Shown one piece after another: positions 19,333-27,147 of a stretch of 64,000 nucleotides of DNA. The position numbers and the translations under genes were made by a program. Location: the IMG/VR virus record IMGVR_UViG_3300037851_000141, positions 160,001-224,000 of that record, one strand, 5' to 3'. Below the pieces are notes generated by a model. The model had not been told where the DNA came from. It saw nothing but the letters and a program-made list of their open reading frames with translations, and made no database searches. Source of the stretch: a virus (Duplodnaviria > Caudoviricetes). Position 1 is the stretch's first letter; the number at the start of each line of letters is the position of its first letter.

Positions 19333-19479
19333 AAATAGAACACTGATAGGTTGACGAATCGAAAGAAATATTAAAACCGTCAATCGTTAACTTTGTCATG
19401 ACATTGTTGGTGTGTAGAACGACTATCTAAGGGGTAGGTAAGGAGTATGACCTTGTAATATTTTTTCGGTGTTCTATTT
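19333..19479 (+). ncRNA. unassigned 147-nt closed-stem RNA, copy B
   Basis: AAATAGAACACTGA/TCGGTGTTCTATTT 14-bp terminal stem; hairpins TTGACG/CGTCAA, TCGTT/AACGA, TAAGG/CCTTG. Confidence 0.6.
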
Positions 19480-19482
19480 TAT

Positions 19483-19569
19483 GCCCGTATGGTGGAATTG
19501 GCAGACACACAAGACTTAGGATCTTGTGCCTTAACTGGCGTGTAGGTTCAAGTCCTACTACGGGTACCA
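19483..19569 (+). tRNA. tRNA-Leu(TAG)
   Basis: CAAGA-CTTAGGA-TCTTG, long variable arm, CCA. Confidence 0.95.
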
Positions 19570-19573
19570 ATAT

Positions 19574-19646
19574 GGGGACTTAGCTCATCTGGTAGAGCGT
19601 TTGCCTTGCACGCAAAAGGTGAGGGGTTCGACTCCCCTAGTCTCCA
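19574..19646 (+). tRNA. tRNA-Ala(TGC)
   Basis: GGGGACT/AGTCTCC with G3-U70, loop CTTGCAC. Confidence 0.95.
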
Positions 19647-19695
19647 TTATATAAATTGTTTGGACTTACCGAAATAGTATGATATAATAATATCT

Positions 19696-20337
19696 ATGAA
19701 AAATAAACTTTGTCTTAAATGTAAAAAAGAATTTCCACAAACCATAAGAATTGATGGGAAAAGACGCAATCTAAACAATAGAAAATATTGCTTAGACTGC
19801 TCTCCATTTGGTTCACATAATACAAGAGAACTACAAGATAATGTGTCCAGTATAAATTTATGTAAACGTTGTGGTCGTCATTTAAGATGTAAAAGGCGAA
19901 GATATTGTCAATGGTGTACACTTAAAAGAAAAAGAGATAGTATTTCGAAAAATGTTTATAATTTATTAGGTAATAGATGCTGGATTTGTAATGAATGTTC
20001 TACAAATGATGATTATACCAATTATCTTTTTTGTTTACATCACGTATATCCAGAATATAAAAAATATAAACTATCTAAAGATAATATGAGTAGACTTTCG
20101 CATTATCAATTAAAAGAAGAAATAAAAAAATGTGTTTGTTTATGTCATAATTGTCATAGTACGTTTCATTATACTGATTTGATAACACAAAATCAAATAA
20201 TTACAGTATATAATAATTTTTGGTTAAATATTGTTGATGATGATATGAATAAACTTTTTAAATTATATGACTATGAAAACATCAAAGATAAAAATCAAAA
20301 AGATTTATCATATCCAGAAATCGAATATTATATATAA
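19696..20337 (+). CDS. free-standing HNH homing endonuclease within tRNA cluster
   Basis: Multiple CxxC pairs; LHHVYP..CVCLCHNCHSTFH. Confidence 0.8.
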   Translation: MKNKLCLKCKKEFPQTIRIDGKRRNLNNRKYCLDCSPFGSHNTRELQDNVSSINLCKRCGRHLRCKRRRYCQWCTLKRKRDSISKNVYNLLGNRCWICNECSTNDDYTNYLFCLHHVYPEYKKYKLSKDNMSRLSHYQLKEEIKKCVCLCHNCHSTFHYTDLITQNQIITVYNNFWLNIVDDDMNKLFKLYDYENIKDKNQKDLSYPEIEYYI

Positions 20338-20343
20338 TTTCAT

Positions 20344-20427
20344 TCAACGGTGCCCCGAATGATAAGGGACTCGGCTGTTAACCGAGCGGGAGAAATCCCA
20401 TTGCTGGTTTGACTCCAGCCCGTTGAG
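20344..20427 (+). tRNA. tRNA-Asn(GTT) with long variable arm
   Basis: TCAACGG/CCGTTGA, G73, CTCGG-CTGTTAA-CCGAG, GGGA-GAAA-TCCC variable hairpin. Confidence 0.8.
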
Positions 20428-20432
20428 TTAAA

Positions 20433-20450
20433 AGTCCTTGCAAAAGGACT
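20433..20450 (+). terminator. hairpin (possible terminator or processing stem)
   Basis: AGTCCTT-GCAA-AAGGACT. Confidence 0.4.
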
Positions 20451-20457
20451 AAAAATC

Positions 20458-20586
20458 AAAGACTGAATGCCTGAAAGTTTACATTAGGATCTCTTGGTAG
20501 GTGGTTCAATTCCACCCAACCCGCCTCGCGTGGTTGTAGCTCACCGGCAGAGCAGGAGAGTTAACTTTCAACTTTTGTCAGTCTTT
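20458..20586 (+). ncRNA. YrlA-like Y RNA (circularly permuted tRNA mimic)
   Basis: Terminal stem AAAGACTGA/TCAGTCTTT; order T arm (GGTGG-TTCAATT-CCACC), looped acceptor (CAACC/GGTTG), D arm (GCTC-ACCGGCA-GAGC); Ro60 gene in window. Confidence 0.8.
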
Positions 20587-20590
20587 TTAT

Positions 20591-20662
20591 GTTGATGAAG
20601 CTAAATGGCGCAGCGAAGGTTTCATAAGCCTTTTCAAGTGGGTTCGATTCCCACCATCAACA
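20591..20662 (+). tRNA. tRNA-Met/Ile2(CAT)
   Basis: GTTGATG/CATCAAC, loop TTCATAA. Confidence 0.85.
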
Positions 20663-20685
20663 TTAAAACCATAGAAAGGTATATT

Positions 20686-20835
20686 ATGAAGATTCTCGCG
20701 TTTATGATATTTGTGTTGATGTTATGTGGATGTAGTAGTCGTCCAGGGATTATTGCTAATATGTCATCTGATGCTGGTATAAATTGGGATGATGGTGACG
20801 TTATTCCGATTTGTATTTGGTCGTGGACGTTTTAA
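20686..20835 (+). CDS. small lipoprotein
   Basis: MKILAFMIFVLMLCGC signal peptide with lipobox; AAAGG RBS (true start 20686). Confidence 0.6.
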   Translation: MKILAFMIFVLMLCGCSSRPGIIANMSSDAGINWDDGDVIPICIWSWTF

Positions 20836-20841
20836 TTTTAT

Positions 20842-20913
20842 GAGGGTTGTAGTCTAGTGGTAAAACGCTTCGTTGTGGCCGAAGATACTCGGGTTCGATT
20901 CCCGGCAGCCCTA
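20842..20913 (+). tRNA. tRNA-His(GTG), G-1 encoded, A73
   Basis: AGGGTTG/CAGCCCT, CTTCG-TTGTGGC-CGAAG. Confidence 0.88.
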
Positions 20914-20922
20914 TTTTTATAA

Positions 20923-20994
20923 CCTCCCATAGTTTAATGGTTAGAACGCAGTCCTGATACGGCTGATATCACTGTTCAAATCAGTGTGGGAGGA
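20923..20994 (+). tRNA. tRNA-Ile(GAT)
   Basis: CCTCCCA/TGGGAGG, loop CTGATAC. Confidence 0.9.
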
Positions 20995-21190
20995 CTTTTA
21001 TAATATTTATAGTAAAAATAAATGTATATATTATCGGTACTGATATTTTACTTAGTTTTATTTCTACATTATAATCAACCAAATATATAAAAATTTTATC
21101 GTTTTATTTATATAATTGACGACAGAAAATATTTATCAAAAACTTAACACTCATGATATAAATACATGTATAACCAGAAATGGAGATAAG

Positions 21191-21349
21191 ATGAAAGATA
21201 CCAAAGATAATGAAGTAAGAATAAGACTAACAAGTGAAGATAAAAACTTGATTGAAACTAATGCCAAGAACTTCGGATTTGTCTCAGTAAGTGAATACCT
21301 TAGATATATAGGTAAAAACTGTAAAGAAATCAAAATAAAAATCCAATGA
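21191..21349 (+). CDS. ribbon-helix-helix (MobC-like) small protein
   Basis: EVRIRLTSEDKNLIETNAKNFGFVSVSEYLRYIG; GGAG RBS. Confidence 0.7.
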   Translation: MKDTKDNEVRIRLTSEDKNLIETNAKNFGFVSVSEYLRYIGKNCKEIKIKIQ

Positions 21350-22956
21350 TAAAATCTTACTCGTTCTACTGCTCTGACCTTAATAAGAAAAAGACAGATT
21401 TACTCTTACAAAAAGCAGTAGAATTGAGAGATTTTAAGAATCAAATATCTAAAGAAGTTTGTTCTAACTTTAGTTATTTCAACGAGATAAGTAAATTTGA
21501 CTGGATAACTTATTTCAGAACTCAACTTCCAAATTGTAATAATCAAGATATAAGTAATGCTATTTCAGATGTTTATGATAGTTATGAAAATAAACGAAAT
21601 AAGTTTATACAAAATATCTCATTCAAAGTCCAAAAAGAAATAAAATATACTTATTACAAAAATAACGGTAAAACTTATAAAAAAGGTGATGTTCGAGATG
21701 CTGAAGTTATCCTTGGAAGTAATAAGTTTACTAAATGCCTTACCTACTTATGTAGATACTGGAATCCTAACTTTATATCCTGGCTTGAAGAAAATAAAGA
21801 CCTTGATGAAAAGAAAGCCCAACTTCGTAATGATGCTCTGTCTTTGTTTAAGAAATATCCTGAACGAATAACGGTTCTTATTATCTCTCATAGAACCTCA
21901 GTAATAAACGAACTTGTTGAACATCCAATAACGTTCAACTCACTTAGTTTCAGAAGTTGTAATGAACTAAGAACTAAAATACTTAATAGAAATAAGAATC
22001 TCCAGGCTATATTTGGTGCTATTATAACTCTTGGAGGACAGAAAACATCATCAGGCAAACTCCATATTCCTGTAAAATATAGTTACTCTCATCATGGAAA
22101 TATAGATGACTATGATAAATCACCAAACGCTAAAGGGGTCAAAACTATATCATATACAGTCTGCTTCTATAAAAATAAAATAAGATTTGTATTAGGTAAA
22201 ACTGTAGATGATGAACTTCCGATAACTGACAAGAACGAATATTATGGAATTGATCTAAACGTTAAACATAATCTCTTCTGTGATAAACATGGGCAAACTA
22301 TAGATTATGATAGACGTATATTTCAAGATTATGTTAACTTCCTCAAAACCTTAGACTCAAAACATCAATATAAAAAACAACATAATCTCAATCTGGAATT
22401 AAGTAAAAAAGACCAAGACAAGTATGACACTTGGACTTCTCGTATAAAAGATATGTTGAAACGTAAATCTAATCAATTAGTCAAACAAGCAATAACTCAA
22501 GGCAAAAATCACATTGTAATGGAAGACCTTGGACAATTCTGTAAGTCATTTTCAAGATCAGAAGACTTTGACGGTTTCAAGTATTCTAGACTCATAAAGA
22601 TGTTAAATCTATCTGACTTGAAAAACATTGTCAAGTCAATTGCGAATAAACACGGAATTCAAGTCTCATTTGTTCATTCTCATTATACTAGCCAAACTTG
22701 CTCAAAATGTGGATTCATCTCAAGAGAAAATCGTAAATCGCAAGAAACTTTCTCTTGTCTTGAATGTGGACATACTAATAATGCTGATTCCAATTCTGCT
22801 GAAAATATAGAAAATAGAATGTCTGTAGATGATCTACAGGTCAAACTTCTATTGTCAGATAATGGTTCATGCTATCCTAAGAAACTAGGGAAGGCAACTA
22901 TTATCTCTATATTACATGATTACTATTCTCAAAAAGAAATAAACAAATTAGAGTGA
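21346..22956 (+). CDS. tnpB: TnpB / Cas12f-like RNA-guided nuclease (536 aa)
   Basis: RuvC GIDLN, VMEDL, NADSNSA; zinc finger CSKC..CLEC; YTSQTC. Confidence 0.9.
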   Translation: MIKSYSFYCSDLNKKKTDLLLQKAVELRDFKNQISKEVCSNFSYFNEISKFDWITYFRTQLPNCNNQDISNAISDVYDSYENKRNKFIQNISFKVQKEIKYTYYKNNGKTYKKGDVRDAEVILGSNKFTKCLTYLCRYWNPNFISWLEENKDLDEKKAQLRNDALSLFKKYPERITVLIISHRTSVINELVEHPITFNSLSFRSCNELRTKILNRNKNLQAIFGAIITLGGQKTSSGKLHIPVKYSYSHHGNIDDYDKSPNAKGVKTISYTVCFYKNKIRFVLGKTVDDELPITDKNEYYGIDLNVKHNLFCDKHGQTIDYDRRIFQDYVNFLKTLDSKHQYKKQHNLNLELSKKDQDKYDTWTSRIKDMLKRKSNQLVKQAITQGKNHIVMEDLGQFCKSFSRSEDFDGFKYSRLIKMLNLSDLKNIVKSIANKHGIQVSFVHSHYTSQTCSKCGFISRENRKSQETFSCLECGHTNNADSNSAENIENRMSVDDLQVKLLLSDNGSCYPKKLGKATIISILHDYYSQKEINKLE

Positions 22957-23006
22957 TATTTTATCATTCTATGCTGTTTTTAGTAATCATCCAGCGTAAT
23001 TTATAG

Positions 23007-23123
23007 TACTCCTTAGTTCAATGGTAGAACATCGGCCTTGATCGCTATAGGAAGCAATGTAGTTCAAGTCTACAAGTGATCACCATGGAGCCGAGAATGC
23101 TGGTTCGAATCCAGCAGGAGTAA
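23007..23123 (+). tRNA. interrupted tRNA, best reconstructed as tRNA-Gln(TTG), with 46-nt mini-tRNA insert at 23040-23085
   Basis: TACTCCT/AGGAGTA, D arm GTTC/GAAC, TCGGC/GCCGA stem; CTT+TGGA after removal of insert. Confidence 0.75.
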
Positions 23124-23129
23124 TTTTAT

Positions 23130-23201
23130 ACCCCTAAAGTGAAGATACCGTCACGTTAGCTTGTCGCGCTAAAGGGGAGAGTGGAAGTCTCTCTAGGGGT
23201 G
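23130..23201 (+). tRNA. tRNA-Asp(GTC), atypical D and T loops
   Basis: ACCCCTA/TAGGGGT, G73, TTAGC-TTGTCGC-GCTAA, T loop TGGAAGT. Confidence 0.7.
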
Positions 23202-23251
23202 CTTGCTTTTTCATTTTTTTATGGTACAATAATAATCTACGGAAAGAGGAT

Positions 23252-23734
23252 ATGCCGAAGTTAAAGATAACCCAAGAATTGTTAAACACGATATTAGCTG
23301 AGAGAATAGCGAAGTTTAACAAAGTGTGTACATCTGAGAAACTGAAGAATATCATAAACACAATACCTATAGTCATTTACGTTGATAATCGTACAGCGAC
23401 ATATTTAGGTTATGCTGATACAGTTAAGCGTAGAAACAAGAAAGAGATGAAGCGATACAAGATAAATTCACGTAAGAGTAAGAGTTATTTTTTTGAGGAT
23501 GACAACGTTTATTTTCTTATTGGAGTATGTACGAAGTTATTTAATTCGTATAATTTTAAGAATAATAAGAGTAGGCGTATGGAATTAACTGATACTGTTG
23601 CTCATGAGTTAGGTCATATATTGGAGTTTTTTGTTCATGGATATGAGGAACGTGTTTGTATTTTTCATACGAAGACATGGAAGAGATTTGCTCGTTTATT
23701 TGGATGTAGGAATGTTCGTGCTGTACAAGAATAA
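23252..23734 (+). CDS. SprT-like zinc metalloprotease domain protein
   Basis: VAHELGHI..HTKTWKR. Confidence 0.7.
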   Translation: MPKLKITQELLNTILAERIAKFNKVCTSEKLKNIINTIPIVIYVDNRTATYLGYADTVKRRNKKEMKRYKINSRKSKSYFFEDDNVYFLIGVCTKLFNSYNFKNNKSRRMELTDTVAHELGHILEFFVHGYEERVCIFHTKTWKRFARLFGCRNVRAVQE

Positions 23735-23737
23735 TAT

Positions 23738-23811
23738 GCCCGCGTAGTTTAACAGAAGAACAAAAGGCTACGGACCTTTAGATAGTTTTAGGTGCAAATC
23801 CTCTCGCGGGT
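23738..23811 (+). tRNA. tRNA-Arg(ACG), weak T stem
   Basis: GCCCGCG/CGCGGGT, AAAGG-CTACGGA-CCTTT. Confidence 0.75.
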
Positions 23812-23821
23812 GCTTTTATTT

Positions 23822-23902
23822 GTCCAAGTGGTGAAATGGCAGACACAGCATCTTGAGGGGGTGCCGCCGCGAGGCATGAAGGTTCGACTCCTTTCTTGGA
23901 CA
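23822..23902 (+). tRNA. tRNA-Leu(GAG)
   Basis: GTCCAAG/CTTGGAC, loop TTGAGGG, variable arm. Confidence 0.88.
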
Positions 23903-23909
23903 TAAGTAT

Positions 23910-23993
23910 GGGGCTGTACGCAAACTGGAAAAGCGGCTTGTTTTCTTAGAATTCAAGTGTTTTTGAAGGTTCGATTCCTTTCCAGCCCCACCA
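23910..23993 (+). tRNA. atypical tRNA-Leu(TAG)-like gene with expanded anticodon arm
   Basis: GGGGCTG/CAGCCCC-A-CCA; CTTG-TTTTCTTAGAATT-CAAG; extra C in T stem. Confidence 0.55.
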
Positions 23994-24020
23994 ATAAAAA
24001 CTCTCAGTTGTCGTTATAAT

Positions 24021-24581
24021 ATGTTGATGGAATATCGTCAAATAATACGTCGGTTATATAAGTGGGTATTTTTTAAGAAGCACCACAAGTTATTTTTTCA
24101 CAATTGTTATCCTATTAATTGGTTTGAGTCTGATTTTATTTCAATAACTGGATCTGATTTTATACATGAGTTTGAGGTAAAGCGTACTGCTGCGGATTTT
24201 AGGAATGATTTTACAAAGGAAGTGAAGCATAGTTGGTTAGGTGGAAAGCGTGATATAGTTAAGTTAGATGAGCGGCATAAGCGTGGTTTGTTGAATGTTG
24301 AGAAGAATGATGATGATACGGTAAAGATTCAATACGAGTATGATTTATCTAAGTTTGAGGGGCCTAATTATTTTTGGTATGTTTGTCCTGTTGGAGTAAT
24401 AAAGATTGAGGATATTCCAAGTTATGCGGGTTTAATTGAGGTAAATGATAAGAATTTAGTGATGAATATAGTTAAAGAGGCACCAAGGCTACATAAGAAT
24501 AAGATTACAATTGAGCGTAAGCAGCAGTTATGGATGGGCATTATGTTTAAGTACTGGAAGGCTTATTATAAAGAAAAGTGA
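24021..24581 (+). CDS. MmcB-like PD-(D/E)XK protein
   Basis: ESDFIS..EFEVKRTAADF; FWYVCP; YAGLI. Confidence 0.7.
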   Translation: MLMEYRQIIRRLYKWVFFKKHHKLFFHNCYPINWFESDFISITGSDFIHEFEVKRTAADFRNDFTKEVKHSWLGGKRDIVKLDERHKRGLLNVEKNDDDTVKIQYEYDLSKFEGPNYFWYVCPVGVIKIEDIPSYAGLIEVNDKNLVMNIVKEAPRLHKNKITIERKQQLWMGIMFKYWKAYYKEK

Positions 24582-24642
24582 AATCTCTTGAATGGTGATT
24601 AGATGTTGGTATAATAGTGTGAGCCATTGAAAGGGAACCCTG

Positions 24643-25002
24643 ATGCCATATATACAGCAATGTGATCGTGAGAAGTTTGAGGTTGACATAAATTCTACTG
24701 ATTATGCTGTTGGATTGCGGACAAAGATGGAGAAGTGTGTAGCTGGAATAAATGATGTTGGAGAGTTGAATTATTTTATTACTTGTATTTGTCAGGAGTA
24801 TATTAAGAAGAATGGTTTGAGGTATAAGTATCTGAATGATGTTATAGGTGTATTGGAGTGTTTGAAGCTTGAGTTATATCGTAAAATTGGTGGACCGTAT
24901 GAGGACATTGCTATTGCTAAAAATGGTGATGTTCATATTCTTGATGATTTGATGAATAAAGCGGCTAAGTCTGTTCAACAAGATTATTCTAAAAAGGATT
25001 GA
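24643..25002 (+). CDS. conserved phage hypothetical protein
   Basis: MPYI..GELNYFIT..IGVLECLKLELYR..PYED. Confidence 0.75.
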   Translation: MPYIQQCDREKFEVDINSTDYAVGLRTKMEKCVAGINDVGELNYFITCICQEYIKKNGLRYKYLNDVIGVLECLKLELYRKIGGPYEDIAIAKNGDVHILDDLMNKAAKSVQQDYSKKD

Positions 25003-25006
25003 ATAA

Positions 25007-25525
25007 ATGGGATACCTAAAGAACAAAGTTGTATATTTATGTGGACCAATAACCAATGTATCTGATGATGGGACGACATGGAGAAACTATTTAACTCCTA
25101 TACTTGAGACTAAGTTTGGTATTATAGTAGACGATCCATGTAAGAAAACTATTGATGGTGTTGGTGAGATTGGGGCAGATAAACTGTACTTTAAGAAATT
25201 GATAAAAGAAAGGCAATTTGAGAGAGTTAAGAAGGAATTTTACAAGATTATACGTAAGGATTTGAAATCAGTAGACAAGTCAGATTTTTTGATTTTTTAT
25301 CATGAGCCTAAGATTGCTACTGTTGGAACATATCATGAGGTTGTAAATGCTGTAAATAGTAAAAAGCCAGTATTATTGATGTGTGAGGAACAGAATCTTG
25401 ATAATCTGAATCCTTGGTTATTGACATTGATAAAGAGTCAGTGGTTATTTACAAATTGGGATGACATGTTATTGTATTTAGAGCAGATAGATAATGAGCG
25501 GTTGGATACGAGTCATTGGTGGTGA
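25007..25525 (+). CDS. nucleoside 2-deoxyribosyltransferase-like protein
   Basis: VYLCGPI, DLKSVDKSD, GTYHE. Confidence 0.75.
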   Translation: MGYLKNKVVYLCGPITNVSDDGTTWRNYLTPILETKFGIIVDDPCKKTIDGVGEIGADKLYFKKLIKERQFERVKKEFYKIIRKDLKSVDKSDFLIFYHEPKIATVGTYHEVVNAVNSKKPVLLMCEEQNLDNLNPWLLTLIKSQWLFTNWDDMLLYLEQIDNERLDTSHWW

Positions 25526-25526
25526 T

Positions 25527-26297
25527 ATGGAGGATTTTCAAGATGACAAGATTATGCGAGAGTTAAAAAATACCTGGAAGAATCAAAAACCACATCTTAA
25601 AAATATAAGTATTGTTTTAGAAAATAGGACTATAGTTGAACGAGAAGGTGATGAGACTCGGCGTACAGTTGCTAATGATTTTTTACAATTGCTTAAAGAA
25701 AATATTAATAAAATAAAACCTGAAATAGTAAAAACAAAAACTGGAGTTGGGTTATTTTTAGATTATTCCAGTTTATTAAAAGAAAAGTTTGAGATTCTTT
25801 TTTATGTATTTGAGGACGGTAATGCTGATTTAGGATATTGGGATAATGATAAAAAGTTAATGTATGTAAATATATTGGATAACGTTGAATTTACTAATAT
25901 TATAAAAAATAAAAAGTATTTAATGTTATTTGATATTTATAGTTCTGTAATCTTTCATGAATTGATACATAGATTTGATCATATGAGATATTTAGGAAGA
26001 CATAAGCCATTGGAGACTGATGCTTATGTTAATACTTATGAAGAGTTTAATGCGTTTTATCAACAGTATGCTCGTTCAGTTGATATATTAGTTAGCAAGA
26101 TGAAAACAATTGATGAGTTTTATAAAAGATTTGGAATAAGTGCTGCTGGATTAATTGCTGATTTTTGGAAGATTGTTCCTAATGATATGAAAAAAGAAAT
26201 AAAGTCGAGTAATAAGTGGAACAATAAATGGAACAAGAGGTTATATCAGCTTTATTATGAAAAATTGAGTAAGTTTCAGAAAAATAGAAACTCCTAA
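25527..26297 (+). CDS. hypothetical protein with HExxH motif
   Basis: IFHELIHRFD..EEFNA. Confidence 0.65.
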   Translation: MEDFQDDKIMRELKNTWKNQKPHLKNISIVLENRTIVEREGDETRRTVANDFLQLLKENINKIKPEIVKTKTGVGLFLDYSSLLKEKFEILFYVFEDGNADLGYWDNDKKLMYVNILDNVEFTNIIKNKKYLMLFDIYSSVIFHELIHRFDHMRYLGRHKPLETDAYVNTYEEFNAFYQQYARSVDILVSKMKTIDEFYKRFGISAAGLIADFWKIVPNDMKKEIKSSNKWNNKWNKRLYQLYYEKLSKFQKNRNS

Positions 26298-26327
26298 CCT
26301 TTTTGTTTATTTAATTGTATCTTATTA

Positions 26328-26549
26328 TTAGTTATAGAAAATAAAGTCATAAAATACTCCACATTTAGGACATCCAATACCTTTCATATGAGACATTATT
26401 TGTTGATAAAATTTTCCATGTATAGGACAAATAATCTCCATTTTATCATTTACTGTTTTTATAATTTGAGTTATATCATATGTATATTTGTTTTTATGTA
26501 TTTTATTTGAGCGAGCCATTATTTCGTCAAACGATAAACGTTTTCCCAT
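26328..26549 (-). pseudogene. truncated DUF723-type zinc-ribbon endonuclease remnant
   Basis: Single HKNKYTY..CPIHG..CPKC repeat, homologous to repeats in 57633-59213. Confidence 0.65.
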
Positions 26550-26697
26550 TTGAAGAAACCTCCACTTTAGCGTTTAATATAATAAATCTTATATATTCGC
26601 TAACTGTGTTAAATTTTAATTGTTTTGTTTTTTCTTTGATTTGATTTAATTCACTTTCTGAAACTTTTATGTTTATTTGTTTATTTTTTATAATCAT
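26527..26697 (-). CDS. ribbon-helix-helix small protein (56 aa, not in ORF track)
   Basis: MIIKNKQINIKVSESELNQIKEKTKQLKFNTVSEYIRFIILNAK; AGGAG RBS; TATAAATA at 26727-34 (minus). Confidence 0.7.
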   Translation of the reverse strand: MIIKNKQINIKVSESELNQIKEKTKQLKFNTVSEYIRFIILNAKVEVSSNGKTFIV

Positions 26698-26747
26698 TGA
26701 TGACTCCTATTATATACTATATGGTATATTTATATCTAAAAAAGAAC

Positions 26748-26776
26748 CTCCAACATAAAAATATTGGAGGTTCTTA
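26748..26776 (-). terminator. intrinsic terminator
   Basis: AAGAACCTCCAA/TTGGAGGTTCTT inverted repeat with A-run on left. Confidence 0.65.
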
Positions 26777-26790
26777 ATCATATCAATCTA

Positions 26791-27018
26791 TCAAACTGAG
26801 AATGCCCAGAAATCGTTCTTGGGGATGTGATGTACTTGTCCGGTTACTTGGTTGACGGCGATGATCTTTTGACCTTGAGTAGCGCCAGTATCAACTTTTG
26901 ATTGAACTTTCAATACGCCGAAACCGACCATATTGCGAAGGTCATAGAAAAGGGTTCCGACAGTAGCAGCCGCGAACGTGAGATTGGGCTTGCCGGTGTA
27001 GATGTAGTTAGTAGCCAT
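26791..27018 (-). CDS. small hypothetical protein, likely highly expressed early gene
   Basis: GGAGG RBS, own promoter and terminator, GC-richer codons. Confidence 0.7.
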   Translation of the reverse strand: MATNYIYTGKPNLTFAAATVGTLFYDLRNMVGFGVLKVQSKVDTGATQGQKIIAVNQVTGQVHHIPKNDFWAFSV

Positions 27019-27147
27019 AGTGGCCTCCTTGTTGTTGTGTACGATATTTCTTTATCTGTACAATAGTATTTAGAAAGAGATTTTATTTTTTCTTGTTATA
27101 ATATACGAATAGGATTATTTTATTAGAAACTTTTATAAATAACTATT

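Larger units (their letters stand above)
21157..22956 (+). mobile_element. RHH+TnpB cassette (IS200/IS605-derived, no TnpA); ends not mapped
   Basis: Late promoter TATAAATA 21157-64, RHH gene coupled to tnpB, inserted in tRNA cluster. Confidence 0.7.

Noticed and set aside
19176-19479. tmRNA or RNase P RNA
   Set aside because: No tRNA-Ala-like ends with T arm, no tag ORF, no RNase P P4 consensus; units are only 147 nt.
21346-22956. Type V CRISPR effector (Cas12f/Cas14) system
   Set aside because: No CRISPR array or cas1/2/4 adjacent; TnpB-like assignment is more parsimonious despite the larger size.
23040-23085. Group I or archaeal bulge-helix-bulge intron explanation of the tRNA inserts
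   Set aside because: 35-46 nt is far too short for a group I core, and no BHB motif forms at the junctions.
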